A DNA stretch of 64,000 nucleotides. Source: a virus. Within the stretch, counting starts at the first letter, position 1, and each line of letters begins with the position of its first letter. The stretch covers positions 98,436 to 162,435 of the IMG/VR virus record IMGVR_UViG_3300036790_000425. The stretch is one strand, 5' to 3'. Made by a program: the position numbers and the translations under genes. Below the pieces are notes generated by a model. The model was given only the letters and a program-made list of their open reading frames with translations. It had not been told where the DNA came from and searched no databases. Shown piece by piece: positions 10,098 to 20,089 of the stretch.

Positions 10098-12682
10098 TAC
10101 GACCCCCCGGTGCCCAGGCCGGGAATCGGCAGGTTAGTCCCGCTAGTCAGTCCTCCTGCTATGGGAAGGCCGATCAGCTGGCCGCCGGACTTGTTGCCCT
10201 TGCCCGGCAGCCGGGCCGGGGCCGCGATGTTGATGCTCGTGCTGAAGAAGCCGCCCGGCCCCATCTTGAAGCTGTGCGTGACCGTGGTGACGTAGGCCTG
10301 GAAGCCGAAGGCCGGGATCTGGGCCAGCATCCCGGGCCACAGCTCGGGCATGAAGGTGATCGGGATGTCCGCCGAGTACTGGTAGGCCCAGGACCGCATG
10401 AACAGGAACAGCGCGCTGAAGAACTCGCCCTGCGGGCCGATCACGCCGGGCAGCTGCTGGAGATCCGGGCGGGCGCCGAACCGGTTGTAGATGTAGCTGA
10501 TGAACTTCTGTGCCTGGGCCTTGGTCGGCTCCAGGCCGAATAGCGCGTACATGATCGCCGGGATGTCGATGCTGGCAATCCCGTCGGTGGTCATGGCGAA
10601 GATCACGTCGATCGGCAGCGTCTGGCCGGTGCCGGGGATCGAGATGCCGGAGGTCTGCCCGGTGCCCAGGTCGATCTGCTGGGCCGGCGGCGCCACGGTG
10701 TACTGATGGGTAACCAGGTTGGTGTCGTCCCAGTAGACGGTGAAGTCCTGTAGCTCGATCGGCTCGATCCGCATGATCGCGGCGGTGCCCCAGATCCCGT
10801 AGTAGTCCGGGAACCAGGCGATCAGGTCCCCGTTGGGCGCCGAGGAGTAGCTCCGCATGGTCGAGCCGAACAGGTTCTTCAGGTACGGCAGCAGCGGCTG
10901 GTCGTTGAGCAGGGCGCGCGGGCCGGTGAAGACGGCCGAGATCTGCGCGGCCTCCTCGTCGAAGATCGGGAACCAGGGGTTGTTCCCGAATAGCTTGTCG
11001 AACGGGTCATGCGGGTTGAACCAGGGCTCCTGGCTGGCCGTGGACAGCTGGAGGCCGCTGGCCGCGCCGCCCCCGCCGCCCGATGTCAGGGTGCCGCCGC
11101 CCGGCACCTTCTTGAACGGCGGGGAGTCGCCGTTGTAGCCGGAGTAGTCCACGCCCGGTACCAGGCCCGCGCAGTTCCAGTAGCTCGCGGTGTTGTCCAC
11201 CACGCCGGCGAAGGTGCCGGAGTGATGCGCGCCGACGGTCTGCTTCCCCGTGCCGCAGGAGATCTCCACGTGCGGCGCGGCTCCCGGCGGTCCCATGAAC
11301 ATCAGGGCGCCGGGGATGTTCATGCCCTTCTCGGCGGACACGATCCGGCCGCTGCCCTGGCACCAGGCGCTCTGCTCCTGGCTGGTCCGCGGGCAGCCGT
11401 TCAGCGAGCCCGTAGCGTGGTAGACGGACCACTGCACGAAGCTGGAGCAGTCCAGCAGCTTCGGGTGCGAGCTGTCGGGCGCGGAGTCGCCGCCCTCCTG
11501 GTAGGGGATCTTGAACGACTCGGTGACGCCGAGCGCGGTGCCCAGCAGGTCATTGGCCGTGGCCTTGCCGGACTTCCCGGCGGCGGCGGTCTGGCTGAAG
11601 CCAGCCGAGTTGGAGACCGAGCTGGCCCCCTGGCCGTTAGCCAGGATGTTGACGATCTGCGTGGCGAAGGTGTCGAACCTCTGGTAGTTCGAGCCGTCGG
11701 AGGTGGCGCTGCGCTGGACGGTCTGAGCCTCCATGCCCAGGGTCATCGAGTTGCGGTTCTTAATCGCCAGCAGCCGGCTGTAGAACTCCCTGAAAGCGTG
11801 CGTCGGGTTCATGATCTGGGCCAGCGTGCCCCAGCCCATCCCGGTCTCCTGCTGGAGCACGCCGTGGCTGGTGCCGGTGCCGCCCGCCAGGTTGCGCAGG
11901 CCGGACTCGTCATAGCCGGCCATGATGCCGACCACCGCGTCCCGGGCGGTGCCGCCCATCTGCATCACGATGTTGTAGGCCAGCACCGCCATGTTGGCCT
12001 GGCTCTGGTCGATCGCGAAGCCGGCGTAGGTCCCGGACTTCAGCGCGCCCGTCGGCACCGTGGTGCCGCCGCCCGTGGTGCCGCCGACAGTGCCCCCGGC
12101 ACCGAGCGTGGCGTAGAACTGCTGGGCCAGCTGGTCGGCCTTGGCCGTGTCAGCCTCGACTGCCTTGGCGATCTTGTAGGCCCAGGTCATCCAGGACTGC
12201 GGGATGCCGGCGATGTGCACCTTGCTTGCCGGCCAGCCCACCACGTTCTGGAGGATGGTCAGCACCGCGTTGGTGACCCCGCCGTCGTCGGGGTTCTTCA
12301 CCGCCGCCATCGCCTGGGCCACCAGGTTCTGGGAGGCGGCCAGGCCGGGGTCCCAGTACCACATCTGGAGCCGCTTCAGCGAGCACGAGGCGTTCAGCTT
12401 GACCGTGGATGGCCAGGCCGTGACCAGCGGCACCTGGTTCAGGTAGCCGGTGAAGCAGCGCAGCCAGCTGACCCGCTTCAGCATCACGATGATGCGGTCA
12501 TTGGGGGTGAAGATCCCGTCGTACTTGCGGCGCGGGTTCATCAGGGAGAAGTTGAAAGTCGAGATCCCGTCCGAGCGCCGGACCATGTTGCCCTCGGTCA
12601 GGTCATCGGAGATGTCGATGATCCCGTTGGACTGGGTCGAAATGTACACTTTTATGCCTGGGCTATAGAGAAACACCGCCAC
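10097..12682 (-). CDS. Baseplate hub/tail-associated lysin (hub + lysozyme-like + NlpC/P60)
   Basis: 'DESGLRNL...SHGVLQQ..GWG' lysozyme-like segment; 'DCSSFVQW..PRTSQEQ..HVEIS' NlpC/P60 Cys-His motifs; hub-like termini. Confidence 0.85.
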   Translation of the reverse strand: MAVFLYSPGIKVYISTQSNGIIDISDDLTEGNMVRRSDGISTFNFSLMNPRRKYDGIFTPNDRIIVMLKRVSWLRCFTGYLNQVPLVTAWPSTVKLNASCSLKRLQMWYWDPGLAASQNLVAQAMAAVKNPDDGGVTNAVLTILQNVVGWPASKVHIAGIPQSWMTWAYKIAKAVEADTAKADQLAQQFYATLGAGGTVGGTTGGGTTVPTGALKSGTYAGFAIDQSQANMAVLAYNIVMQMGGTARDAVVGIMAGYDESGLRNLAGGTGTSHGVLQQETGMGWGTLAQIMNPTHAFREFYSRLLAIKNRNSMTLGMEAQTVQRSATSDGSNYQRFDTFATQIVNILANGQGASSVSNSAGFSQTAAAGKSGKATANDLLGTALGVTESFKIPYQEGGDSAPDSSHPKLLDCSSFVQWSVYHATGSLNGCPRTSQEQSAWCQGSGRIVSAEKGMNIPGALMFMGPPGAAPHVEISCGTGKQTVGAHHSGTFAGVVDNTASYWNCAGLVPGVDYSGYNGDSPPFKKVPGGGTLTSGGGGGAASGLQLSTASQEPWFNPHDPFDKLFGNNPWFPIFDEEAAQISAVFTGPRALLNDQPLLPYLKNLFGSTMRSYSSAPNGDLIAWFPDYYGIWGTAAIMRIEPIELQDFTVYWDDTNLVTHQYTVAPPAQQIDLGTGQTSGISIPGTGQTLPIDVIFAMTTDGIASIDIPAIMYALFGLEPTKAQAQKFISYIYNRFGARPDLQQLPGVIGPQGEFFSALFLFMRSWAYQYSADIPITFMPELWPGMLAQIPAFGFQAYVTTVTHSFKMGPGGFFSTSINIAAPARLPGKGNKSGGQLIGLPIAGGLTSGTNLPIPGLGTGGS

Positions 12683-13344
12683 TAGAACTCACCCGCCCCG
12701 GGCGGGACCGGGCCGCCGCCGCGCAGCGGCGGGGGCGGGGTGGGCACCACCGGGGTGCCGGGGTCCGGGACCGAGCCCGCCGGCGGGATGACATGCGTGT
12801 AGCTCTGCGGCACCCTGGTGCCCTGGAGCTGGGTGCCGAACGGGTAGAAGTACTGGATCGCCTTGTCCGACCTGAACGCCGTCCACTTGTTGATCACCGT
12901 GCTGACCGGCGGAGTCGGGTCCTGCTGGCTCGGCCCGAAGGCGGCCTCAAACAGGAACACCGGGCTGAACATCATCATCCCGGTGTGGGCGCCCCACTCG
13001 TACCCCTGAAGCGGCACCCCGCGCTGGTAGAAGTCCCGCCGCGGCACGCTGACGGTCAGGTACGGGTACTGGGTACGGACGATGTTCGGATCCAGGGCCC
13101 ACTGCGCGTAGTCGCTCAGCCAGTTGGTGAGGTGCGCCCGCTCGGTCCAGTCCTTCAGCAGGATCTGCACGCTGAACTGCTGGTTCGCGGTCTTGTGCGG
13201 GTAGTAGGACCGGTGGATCCGGGCCACGTCCTCCGCGGCCACCATCTGGGTGCCGAAGGACAGGTCCCCGGCGCGGACCTTGTAGGTGTGCCGGGTGCCG
13301 CCGCGGGCGTAGCCCAGCGTGCAGTTAAGACCGGCCCGGGTCAT
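12682..13344 (-). CDS. Tail/baseplate protein
   Basis: 220 aa ORF translationally coupled to the hub gene. Confidence 0.65.
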   Translation of the reverse strand: MTRAGLNCTLGYARGGTRHTYKVRAGDLSFGTQMVAAEDVARIHRSYYPHKTANQQFSVQILLKDWTERAHLTNWLSDYAQWALDPNIVRTQYPYLTVSVPRRDFYQRGVPLQGYEWGAHTGMMMFSPVFLFEAAFGPSQQDPTPPVSTVINKWTAFRSDKAIQYFYPFGTQLQGTRVPQSYTHVIPPAGSVPDPGTPVVPTPPPPLRGGGPVPPGAGEF

Positions 13345-13585
13345 CGGTGCTCACCTGCCCGGCGTCCAGGTCGGAGTCGTCGGCCACGCTGTCTGCCGGG
13401 GCGGCCTCGGGGGCGTAGACGGGCACGCCCAGGGTCTCCAGCTCAGTCGCGGTCACGTCGTGCACGAGCCGGTACTGAGTCATGCCGAAGCCCATCATCG
13501 GCACCATCACGGCCTCGGGGGCCGCGACCGGCATCGAGATCGGCACGTCTGAGCCCCAGACGGGGCGGTCGGTGATCGCCATCAC
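13325..13585 (-). CDS. Small hypothetical protein
   Basis: 86 aa ORF in the tail operon, preceded by the CCCCGGAAG motif. Confidence 0.5.
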   Translation of the reverse strand: MMAITDRPVWGSDVPISMPVAAPEAVMVPMMGFGMTQYRLVHDVTATELETLGVPVYAPEAAPADSVADDSDLDAGQVSTDDPGRS

Positions 13586-13597
13586 TGCTTCCGGGGC

Positions 13598-14263
13598 CTA
13601 CGCATGCGGGGAGAAGTTGCCGGGCGGCGAACCCTTCACGGGATGACCGCCGCCGGTCTTCTTCTTCGGCAGCGTGCCGGTGGCCTGGCCGTTATAAGCC
13701 GTGAAGTGCCAGCCGACGCCGGCCGAGATCCGGGCCATGTACGCGCTGATCGCGTCATAGGCCTTCTGGCTGAACACGCCGTTGGAGCTGCCCGCCTTGA
13801 CCAGCGCGGTGCTGGCGTCCTGGACGATGAACAGGGTCAGCGTGTAGCGCTGGTTGAGCTTGCCCGGGGTCATGATCACCGAGTTGCCGCCGTCGGGGTC
13901 GGTGAGCGCCTTGACATAGACCTGGAAGCGCCAGTTCTTCGGCGGGTAGCTGAAGATCGCAGGCCGGTGCATGACGGCCTGGGCAGTGGCATCCCGGCTC
14001 TGGAACTCCATGATCCGGGTGACCACGTCCAGGAACTGGCTAGCCTGCTGCCAGCTCTCGCCGTGCTTCGCGTCCTGGTGGTCCTGGCCGAGGCTGCCGG
14101 TTACGGTCAGGTCATCGAGATAGGCGCCGATGACCTGGATCACCCGGCCGCCGATGGTCTCGACGACGTTGGTGATCACCTGCCAGTTCCAGCTGATGTT
14201 CTCGGGATCAAGCCGGAAGGCCACCGCGGGGCCGCCGGGGTAACCGAGAGTTGCCGTGCCCAA
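13598..14263 (-). CDS. Tail tube initiator-like baseplate protein
   Basis: Likely TTG start at 14263 after GAGGAGG; 'FRLDPENISWNWQVITNVVETIGGRVIQVIG' typical of myovirus tube-initiator proteins. Confidence 0.7.
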   Translation of the reverse strand: MGTATLGYPGGPAVAFRLDPENISWNWQVITNVVETIGGRVIQVIGAYLDDLTVTGSLGQDHQDAKHGESWQQASQFLDVVTRIMEFQSRDATAQAVMHRPAIFSYPPKNWRFQVYVKALTDPDGGNSVIMTPGKLNQRYTLTLFIVQDASTALVKAGSSNGVFSQKAYDAISAYMARISAGVGWHFTAYNGQATGTLPKKKTGGGHPVKGSPPGNFSPHA

Positions 14264-14338
14264 CCTGCCTCCTCGCCTCACGCCTTCCGGGGCCGGGACA
14301 GGTAGCACGTTAGTAAGAAACCCTGTTATGATGAGGTC

Positions 14339-14752
14339 ATGAGCAGACGAGGCACCCACCGCAGCGGTCACGAGAAGGACCTGAAGGCACTCGCCGGCGT
14401 CACCTCGTTCTGCCTGGGGGTGCCCCTGCTGATCTCCAGCGTCACCGAGCTGCTGCGGTACTCCCCCTACGAGGACCCGGGCGCCGGGACCGCCGGCCTG
14501 TGGCTGGGCATCGCCGCGGTGCTGGCCATCTGCATCCCGGTGCTCGCGCTGGTCATCCTGATCGTCCGGCTGGCCGCGGCGGACTACCTGGCCTGGAGGC
14601 GGTCGCTGTCTCCCGTGCAGCGGGCCCTGGTCGGCTGGGGCGAGTTCGCTGCCCTGCTGGGCGCGCACCTGCTCATCCGGCACCACCACCGCGAGACCAG
14701 CGCGCGGCTGACCGCCAGCGTCATGGGCGACACGCCCGAGGTGCCCTCTTGA
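14339..14752 (+). CDS. Membrane protein (about 3 TM helices), probably leaderless
   Basis: Hydrophobic segments; TGtTATGAT extended -10 lies 6 nt before the ATG. Confidence 0.7.
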   Translation: MSRRGTHRSGHEKDLKALAGVTSFCLGVPLLISSVTELLRYSPYEDPGAGTAGLWLGIAAVLAICIPVLALVILIVRLAAADYLAWRRSLSPVQRALVGWGEFAALLGAHLLIRHHHRETSARLTASVMGDTPEVPS

Positions 14753-14757
14753 CCAGC

Positions 14758-15261
14758 ATGCGGGTCCTGGTCTTCGGCTCGCCCGGCTACGACGATGAGC
14801 TGTCGCTGCGGGCTGCGCTGGACGAGCTGTTCGACAAGGCGCCGATGAACGGGGACCTGGTCGTGCTGGCCGGGCGTGAGGGGTGCGAGGGACCTGAGGC
14901 GATCGCCAGGTCCTGGGCTCAGGAGATGATCGCGGACAAGATGCCGGTACTCCTGGAGGACCGCCCGGAGATCCCGGAGGCGACCTTCGCGGAGGGCTGC
15001 CTGGTGGCAATCCGGACCGGGGACCCGATGCTGGACCCGGCCTCCCGGCGCGAGCTGACCGAGCTGGCCCGGATCCTGATGGCCCGGGGCCTCCGGGTGC
15101 GGGTCGTGGTCCAGGGACACGCCCAGGGGCTGCCGGAGGACCTGGCCGGCGGACCGGGCGGGCGCGTCCTGGGTACCGTTACCCGGCGCAGCGGGATGAA
15201 CCGCGGAAACGATGCCAGTCCCGGCCGTCCCGGCTCAAAGCCACCGCATCACGGGCGCTAG
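14758..15261 (+). CDS. SLOG/DUF2493-like nucleotide-binding protein
   Basis: Start at MRVLVFGSPGYDD...GPEAIARSWA, which resembles the SLOG family N-terminus. Confidence 0.55.
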   Translation: MRVLVFGSPGYDDELSLRAALDELFDKAPMNGDLVVLAGREGCEGPEAIARSWAQEMIADKMPVLLEDRPEIPEATFAEGCLVAIRTGDPMLDPASRRELTELARILMARGLRVRVVVQGHAQGLPEDLAGGPGGRVLGTVTRRSGMNRGNDASPGRPGSKPPHHGR

Positions 15262-15676
15262 CCGACGGGCTGCCGCTGATCAGGATCTGAGTGCCGCCGA
15301 TCGTCCTCCCGTCGTCGGCCGCCGGGATCCGCCACAGCCCGCGGGCCGGCACGTCCCGCGACTCATACCACGCGATGCACTCGGCGGTCGCCTGTGCCGC
15401 GGCGGATCCCCCGGCAGCGATCCACAGGGCGCCGATCTGAGCGGCGCTGAGAGGCACGGAGAGAGCCGGGATACCCGGCAGTGCCAGCGGAGCACGGTCA
15501 TGGCCGTGGCGCGCCGGGGAGAGCGCCACGGAGGCACTCAGGGCGGGCAGCGCTGCTGCTGCCGCGGACGGGCGGGCAGCTGGCGGGGAGCCCGGGACGA
15601 TGACCAGGATGGCGGACGCGATGGCGAGGAAGGCCAGGACGGCCGCCTTCCTGCGCCAGGTGACCTGAGGGAGCAT
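15179..15676 (-). CDS. Secreted lysozyme/transglycosylase-like protein (compact or degenerate)
   Basis: Signal peptide/TM segment, then 'LWIAAGG...AECIAWYES...GLWRI'. Confidence 0.5.
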   Translation of the reverse strand: MLPQVTWRRKAAVLAFLAIASAILVIVPGSPPAARPSAAAAALPALSASVALSPARHGHDRAPLALPGIPALSVPLSAAQIGALWIAAGGSAAAQATAECIAWYESRDVPARGLWRIPAADDGRTIGGTQILISGSPSASARDAVALSRDGRDWHRFRGSSRCAG

Positions 15677-15787
15677 GAGTCTCCAGAGCTGGCAGGAGCG
15701 CCCTCGGGCAGTACGTACAGGCCTGTGCCTAGGCGCCTGGCATCCCGGAAAGTAACACGATGGTCACGCCGGGAAGTGCGATTCACA

Positions 15788-18160
15788 TCACCTCGAAGCC
15801 TGGGCCGGGTAGGGGTTGGCCGGGGCCGAGCTGGTCGCCGCAGCCTCGTCGTTGTAGTCCGGCAGCAGCTTCAGCAGCTTCTGGGCCTCGCTGTTCAGGC
15901 CGATCGTGACGGACTTGCCGCCGCCCGCCGGGGTCGTGACCGCGCCGGGGTGCGACTTCTGGAACTGCTGGAGTGAGGTGCCGAGCTGGCCGGGGGCCTT
16001 GCGCTTCTTCTCGGCCGCGGTCTGCGCGCCGGAGTTGATCAGGCCGTGCGTGATGGCGGAGGTGTCCCCGATCGCGGTGCCCTTGGAGTTGTAGAACTCG
16101 ACCTGGCCGGCCTCCAGCTCGTTCGGGTAGTAGCGCATCGCGTCGGCCAGCGACATCACCCGCGAGCCGTTGCTGGTGGACACCTTCACCGAGTCGGCCT
16201 GGCCGGTGTTCTGGAGCAGGGCCTCCAGCACGGGGCTGCGCTGGCCGGCCGTCTTCTCGTTGCGCAGGTAAGCCGAGGCCGCCGTGCCGCCGGAGGACAT
16301 CAGGTTCTGCTGCCAGGTCCGGCCCGGGGTCATCATCCCGGTGTGAACTCCCTGACCCGAGGAGGTCGGCCCGGTCGGCAGCGCCAGGCCGTACCGCCCG
16401 GTCGGGGCGCCGCCCTGGCCGGGACGGACGTTCGCCCCGGACGGGGTGCCCAGCGCGGAGTTGTGGCTGGCCTCGTTCACGCCCGCGGACTGGCTGACGA
16501 TCCACTGGAACGCCTGGTCCGGGTTCATGCTGACGCCGGTCAGCCCGGAAATCTCCTGGGCCCACAGCTGCTCGTTGATGTTGCCCTTCAGCTGCCACTG
16601 GTTCAGGAACTGCTGGGCCACCTGGTCGCGGATGGTCGGGTTCGACATGATCGCCTTGCCGCCGCCGACGCCGGAGATCATCTGGTTCAGCGAGGACTGC
16701 ATCTGCTGGGTCATCAGCCCGCCGGCGGACAGGAACTGCATGTTCTGGCCGGCCAGCAGCTGGTTGTAGGCCTTCGGGTTGTTCCGGGCGGTGTACTGGA
16801 GCTGGGACGGGTTGATCCCGCTCATCCCGCTCAGCAGGTACTGGCGGGCGCTGGACAGCTCGCCGCTGAAGTTGACCCCGGAGAACTCCTTACCCATCGA
16901 GGCCTGCATCGAGGCGACCCCGCCGGCGATCGCGGGAGACCCGCCCCCGGCGCCCATCTGCTGGGCCCCGGCGAAGTACTGGATGAAGTTCTGCCGGGCG
17001 GCGTTGGCGTTGGTGCCCGCCTGGCCGGCCGTGTCAGACACCGACTTGAGCGCGTCAGACACGTTATTCAGGTTGGTCACCGCGTTCTGGCTGGCCACCT
17101 GGAGTGCCTGCGCCGACTGGTTCACGTCCATGCCCGTGGAGGTGTAGTTGTGGTAGATGAAGTCCAGGGCGCTCTGCCGGTTCTGCATCTGCCCGGACTC
17201 ACCCACGGCCGCCTGGTTGTAGCCCATCGAGGTGACCGCCCCGAAGGCAGCCGAGGCAGCCCCCTCGGGCATCCGGCCGAACATGGACAGCCCGTAGGCC
17301 GCCGCATGCAGCCGCTCGGTCTGGGCGCCCAGGTTCGAGCCGCCCTCGATCTCCTGGTAGGTCCGCCCGGCCTCGCGCTGGTTCAGGTAGAAGTTGGCGA
17401 TCCCGCTGCCAGCGTCGGCCGCCAGGCCGATCACCGGGAGCTGGCGCAGCTGGCTGCCCAGCCCGCTGAGGCCGCCGGACATGGCAACCCGGGCGCCGAC
17501 CTGCTGGAGCACCGCGGCACTCTGGAGTCCGCCGCGGCCGGGCGTGGCATGGCGGCCGGTACCGGAGATGAGCCCGGCCAGTCCGGTCCGGCCGGCGATC
17601 GGGTTGACGGGGGCGTTCGCGGCCGGGGCCCCGGCGGAGGCCGAGCCCGCGGCGGCGGCAGCGGCAGCACCCGAGCCAGCCGGTGCCGAGGCTGACGACG
17701 GCGTGCCAGCGGGGGTGCCGCCGGGCGGCTGCGCGGGGGTGGCCCCGGCCGAGGAGGGAGTTCCGGCCGGGGTCCCGCCGCCCCCGGAGCCGCCGCCGGG
17801 AGTCTCGTAGAGCGGCATGCCGGCTACCCACTGGCCGAGCTTCTGGGCGCCGTATGCCTGGAGGTTCTGCATGCTCGACAGCGCGCCCATCGGGGACACC
17901 TGGGTCTGCCGGGTGCCGTGCAGGCTGCCGCCCGCCCCGGCGACCTGCTGGAGCACGTCCTGGCGCAGCTGCGGCTGGCCCGCCATCTGGTAGCGCGAGT
18001 CAGCGCTGATGATGCGCTCCTGCATCGCGGTCTGGGCCTGGATGACCCGCTCCAGGCTGGCGATCGAGCGCGCCATGACCTGGAAGCCCTGAGTCATCTG
18101 CACGCCGGGATCCTGCCGGACCGACTGGTCCGGCTGGCCGTCGGGGAACGGGATCGTCAT
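15788..18160 (-). CDS. Tape measure protein
   Basis: 790 aa Ala/Gly/Gln-rich helical protein downstream of the tail assembly chaperones. Confidence 0.75.
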   Translation of the reverse strand: MTIPFPDGQPDQSVRQDPGVQMTQGFQVMARSIASLERVIQAQTAMQERIISADSRYQMAGQPQLRQDVLQQVAGAGGSLHGTRQTQVSPMGALSSMQNLQAYGAQKLGQWVAGMPLYETPGGGSGGGGTPAGTPSSAGATPAQPPGGTPAGTPSSASAPAGSGAAAAAAAGSASAGAPAANAPVNPIAGRTGLAGLISGTGRHATPGRGGLQSAAVLQQVGARVAMSGGLSGLGSQLRQLPVIGLAADAGSGIANFYLNQREAGRTYQEIEGGSNLGAQTERLHAAAYGLSMFGRMPEGAASAAFGAVTSMGYNQAAVGESGQMQNRQSALDFIYHNYTSTGMDVNQSAQALQVASQNAVTNLNNVSDALKSVSDTAGQAGTNANAARQNFIQYFAGAQQMGAGGGSPAIAGGVASMQASMGKEFSGVNFSGELSSARQYLLSGMSGINPSQLQYTARNNPKAYNQLLAGQNMQFLSAGGLMTQQMQSSLNQMISGVGGGKAIMSNPTIRDQVAQQFLNQWQLKGNINEQLWAQEISGLTGVSMNPDQAFQWIVSQSAGVNEASHNSALGTPSGANVRPGQGGAPTGRYGLALPTGPTSSGQGVHTGMMTPGRTWQQNLMSSGGTAASAYLRNEKTAGQRSPVLEALLQNTGQADSVKVSTSNGSRVMSLADAMRYYPNELEAGQVEFYNSKGTAIGDTSAITHGLINSGAQTAAEKKRKAPGQLGTSLQQFQKSHPGAVTTPAGGGKSVTIGLNSEAQKLLKLLPDYNDEAAATSSAPANPYPAQASR

Positions 18161-18425
18161 GGTGCCTCCGCATCTTCCGGGGGCCAGCCGTCGGAGTTAT
18201 CAGTGGCCAGGTCAGCCAGCGGGTCGGCGCCCTGGTCCCGGTCGCTGCGGTAGCCGAGCCGCTGGCGCAGCCACCAGGCGTCCCGGCACGAGTTATAGCC
18301 CTGGCAGCGCAGGTGATCGCAGTCCGTGTTCACTGGTCCGGGACTCCCGTCCGCGAGGGGTTCTGTTAATCCCTCATATGCGAAGAGAGTCCGGTTACCC
18401 CACGCGGCGTGAGGCCACGGTCTGG

Positions 18426-18869
18426 TTACGTCCAGTTCACGTCGGGCAGGTCCCGGTCCATGCCGGGCGGCGGCTCGGGGTCAGGCTCCTCGCGGACACT
18501 GACCCGGGCGTACGCGGCGGCCATCGCCTCCATGTCCGCCTCGAAGGAGGACGCGGTCGCCTCCTCCAGCCGGAAGCCGCTCATGTCCGCGCCGGCTGAG
18601 GGGAAGGCCGGGTCGCCCTCGTCACCGATCGCGAAGTACTCCGGCCAGGCGTCCGCCGGAGTCTGCCAGCCGGCGGCGACAGCAGCAGCCCGGGCGGCAT
18701 CGCGGCGCCGGGCGCGCTGCGCCTGGCCGTCCAGGAAGTACAGGATCTCCAGGCCCGCCTGCGCGGGCGCCGACAGTGACGGGCCGGTCAGGAGTCCCCT
18801 GCGCTCGGCAAGCCGGAGCTGGCGCTCCACCCAGGGATCGCAGGTCCCCCCGGGCCCGAGGCTTTTCCC
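18426..18869 (-). CDS. Tail assembly chaperone, -1 frameshifted C-terminal extension (gpGT-like)
   Basis: Frame entered through the GGGAAAA slippery site; reads GKSLGPGGTCDPWVERQLRLAERRGLL... Confidence 0.75.
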   Translation of the reverse strand, partial: GKSLGPGGTCDPWVERQLRLAERRGLLTGPSLSAPAQAGLEILYFLDGQAQRARRRDAARAAAVAAGWQTPADAWPEYFAIGDEGDPAFPSAGADMSGFRLEEATASSFEADMEAMAAAYARVSVREEPDPEPPPGMDRDLPDVNWT

Positions 18870-19360
18870 AGGCCGTCCATGACAGCCCGCTGCCGGACCT
18901 CCAGCTGGAAGTAGGCGTCCATGATCGCGTCGATGGTGGGCGGGTACCAGCGCTGGGCGTAGTTGAACCGCTCCAGGGCCCACTTCCACGGCCGGGCCGG
19001 GTCCTCCCCGAGCGGGACGGGCATCGGCTGGCCGTCGATGCCGGTAACAGCCAGCGCCGCAGTCGCCGTGGCATAGGCCTTCATGCCTCCCATCGAGCCC
19101 TCGTACTCCTTGATCAGGGCGGCGACCAGCAGCTCCTCATTGGTGCGCAGGGTCCTCAGCGCGACCCGGTGGCCGCACCAGCTGAACGAGGCATGCAGCT
19201 CACCGAGTTTCAGCAGGCCGATGAAGTCATCCCGCCAGGGGCCGGTGTCGGGATCCTCGATATCGAGATCAACGCTCTCCCGGCTGCCCTGGAGCGTGCT
19301 GGCAGCCGGGACAGCCTCGTCCGGGAACGGGGCCGGGGTCTCCTGTTCCGCGGTAGTCAC
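18788..19360 (-). CDS. Tail assembly chaperone (gpG-like)
   Basis: 190 aa, between tube and tape measure genes; contains CTG GGA AAA G (LGK) slippery site. Confidence 0.8.
   Translation of the reverse strand: MTTAEQETPAPFPDEAVPAASTLQGSRESVDLDIEDPDTGPWRDDFIGLLKLGELHASFSWCGHRVALRTLRTNEELLVAALIKEYEGSMGGMKAYATATAALAVTGIDGQPMPVPLGEDPARPWKWALERFNYAQRWYPPTIDAIMDAYFQLEVRQRAVMDGLGKASGPGGPAIPGWSASSGLPSAGDS
18863..18869 (-). promoter_or_regulatory. Programmed -1 frameshift slippery heptamer GGGAAAA
   Basis: XXXYYYZ heptamer near the chaperone 3' end, with an open -1 frame. Confidence 0.8.
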
Positions 19361-19533
19361 TTCTCGGGGATCTCCTCGCGCTGGCCGTCGGCGGCCTCCT
19401 CCATCACCTCGGTGATCACGTCATGACCGGTGAAGATGACGACGGCATGCTGGCCGTTGCAGCGGATCTTGCACTCAACATGGCCCCGCTGAGTGCGCCT
19501 CGCCTCAACCCTGACATTGATCTGACCGCTCAT
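19357..19533 (-). CDS. Small hypothetical protein (58 aa)
   Basis: Hand translation MSGQINVRVEARRTQRGHVECKIRCNGQHAVVIFTGHDV...; GGAGG RBS; 4-bp overlaps on both sides. Confidence 0.6.
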   Translation of the reverse strand: MSGQINVRVEARRTQRGHVECKIRCNGQHAVVIFTGHDVITEVMEEAADGQREEIPEK

Positions 19534-19724
19534 CGGGTCCTCCTGCGTGCCTGCGCTCGCTGCCGGGCACGCCGGGCGGCCAGGTCAGGTCCGGCCGCCG
19601 GAGCGGGGGCAGGAGCTGCCGCGAGGGCAGCCTGCTGCTCAGGCGGGTCGTTGACGATAACGGACACGGAGCCGGTCAGCACCTGACCCGGCCCCGTGAC
19701 CGTCACGTCGATCTGAAGGATCAC
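19530..19724 (-). CDS. Small hypothetical protein
   Basis: 64 aa, coupled overlaps with both neighbours. Confidence 0.5.
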   Translation of the reverse strand: MILQIDVTVTGPGQVLTGSVSVIVNDPPEQQAALAAAPAPAPAAGPDLAARRARQRAQARRRTR

Positions 19725-20032
19725 GCGCCCGGCGGGGTCCCGACCGTGCCGGTGAACACGGCGGTGCCGGGCTCGCTGCTGGACTGGGTGTACTGGTCAC
19801 CCAGGCCGTCGGTCACCGCGACATTGAGCGGCGCAGCCGGGGTGCCGCCGACTGTCACGTCCACCGTGCCCTCGGCGGTTGAGCCGTCGGGGTTGGTGAC
19901 CACGGCGGTCACGGTCAGGGTGGTCCCCGGGTTGTCGGGGTCCTGGTACTCCACCGTGACCGTGATCGGGTCGCCGGGGTTGTAGTTGCTCTTGTCGGTC
20001 GTGACTACGACCGGCGGAGTGGGGCTGCTCAA
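19721..20032 (-). CDS. Small Ig-like beta protein, probably virion decoration
   Basis: 'VTTDKSNYNPGDPITVTVEY' Ig/MG2-like motif. Confidence 0.6.
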   Translation of the reverse strand: MSSPTPPVVVTTDKSNYNPGDPITVTVEYQDPDNPGTTLTVTAVVTNPDGSTAEGTVDVTVGGTPAAPLNVAVTDGLGDQYTQSSSEPGTAVFTGTVGTPPGA

Positions 20033-20089
20033 GGCGGTTCCTCCCGGAAGTCAGAGTGGTCCTCTCACCTTCCGGGGGCCGCCGGGCGG

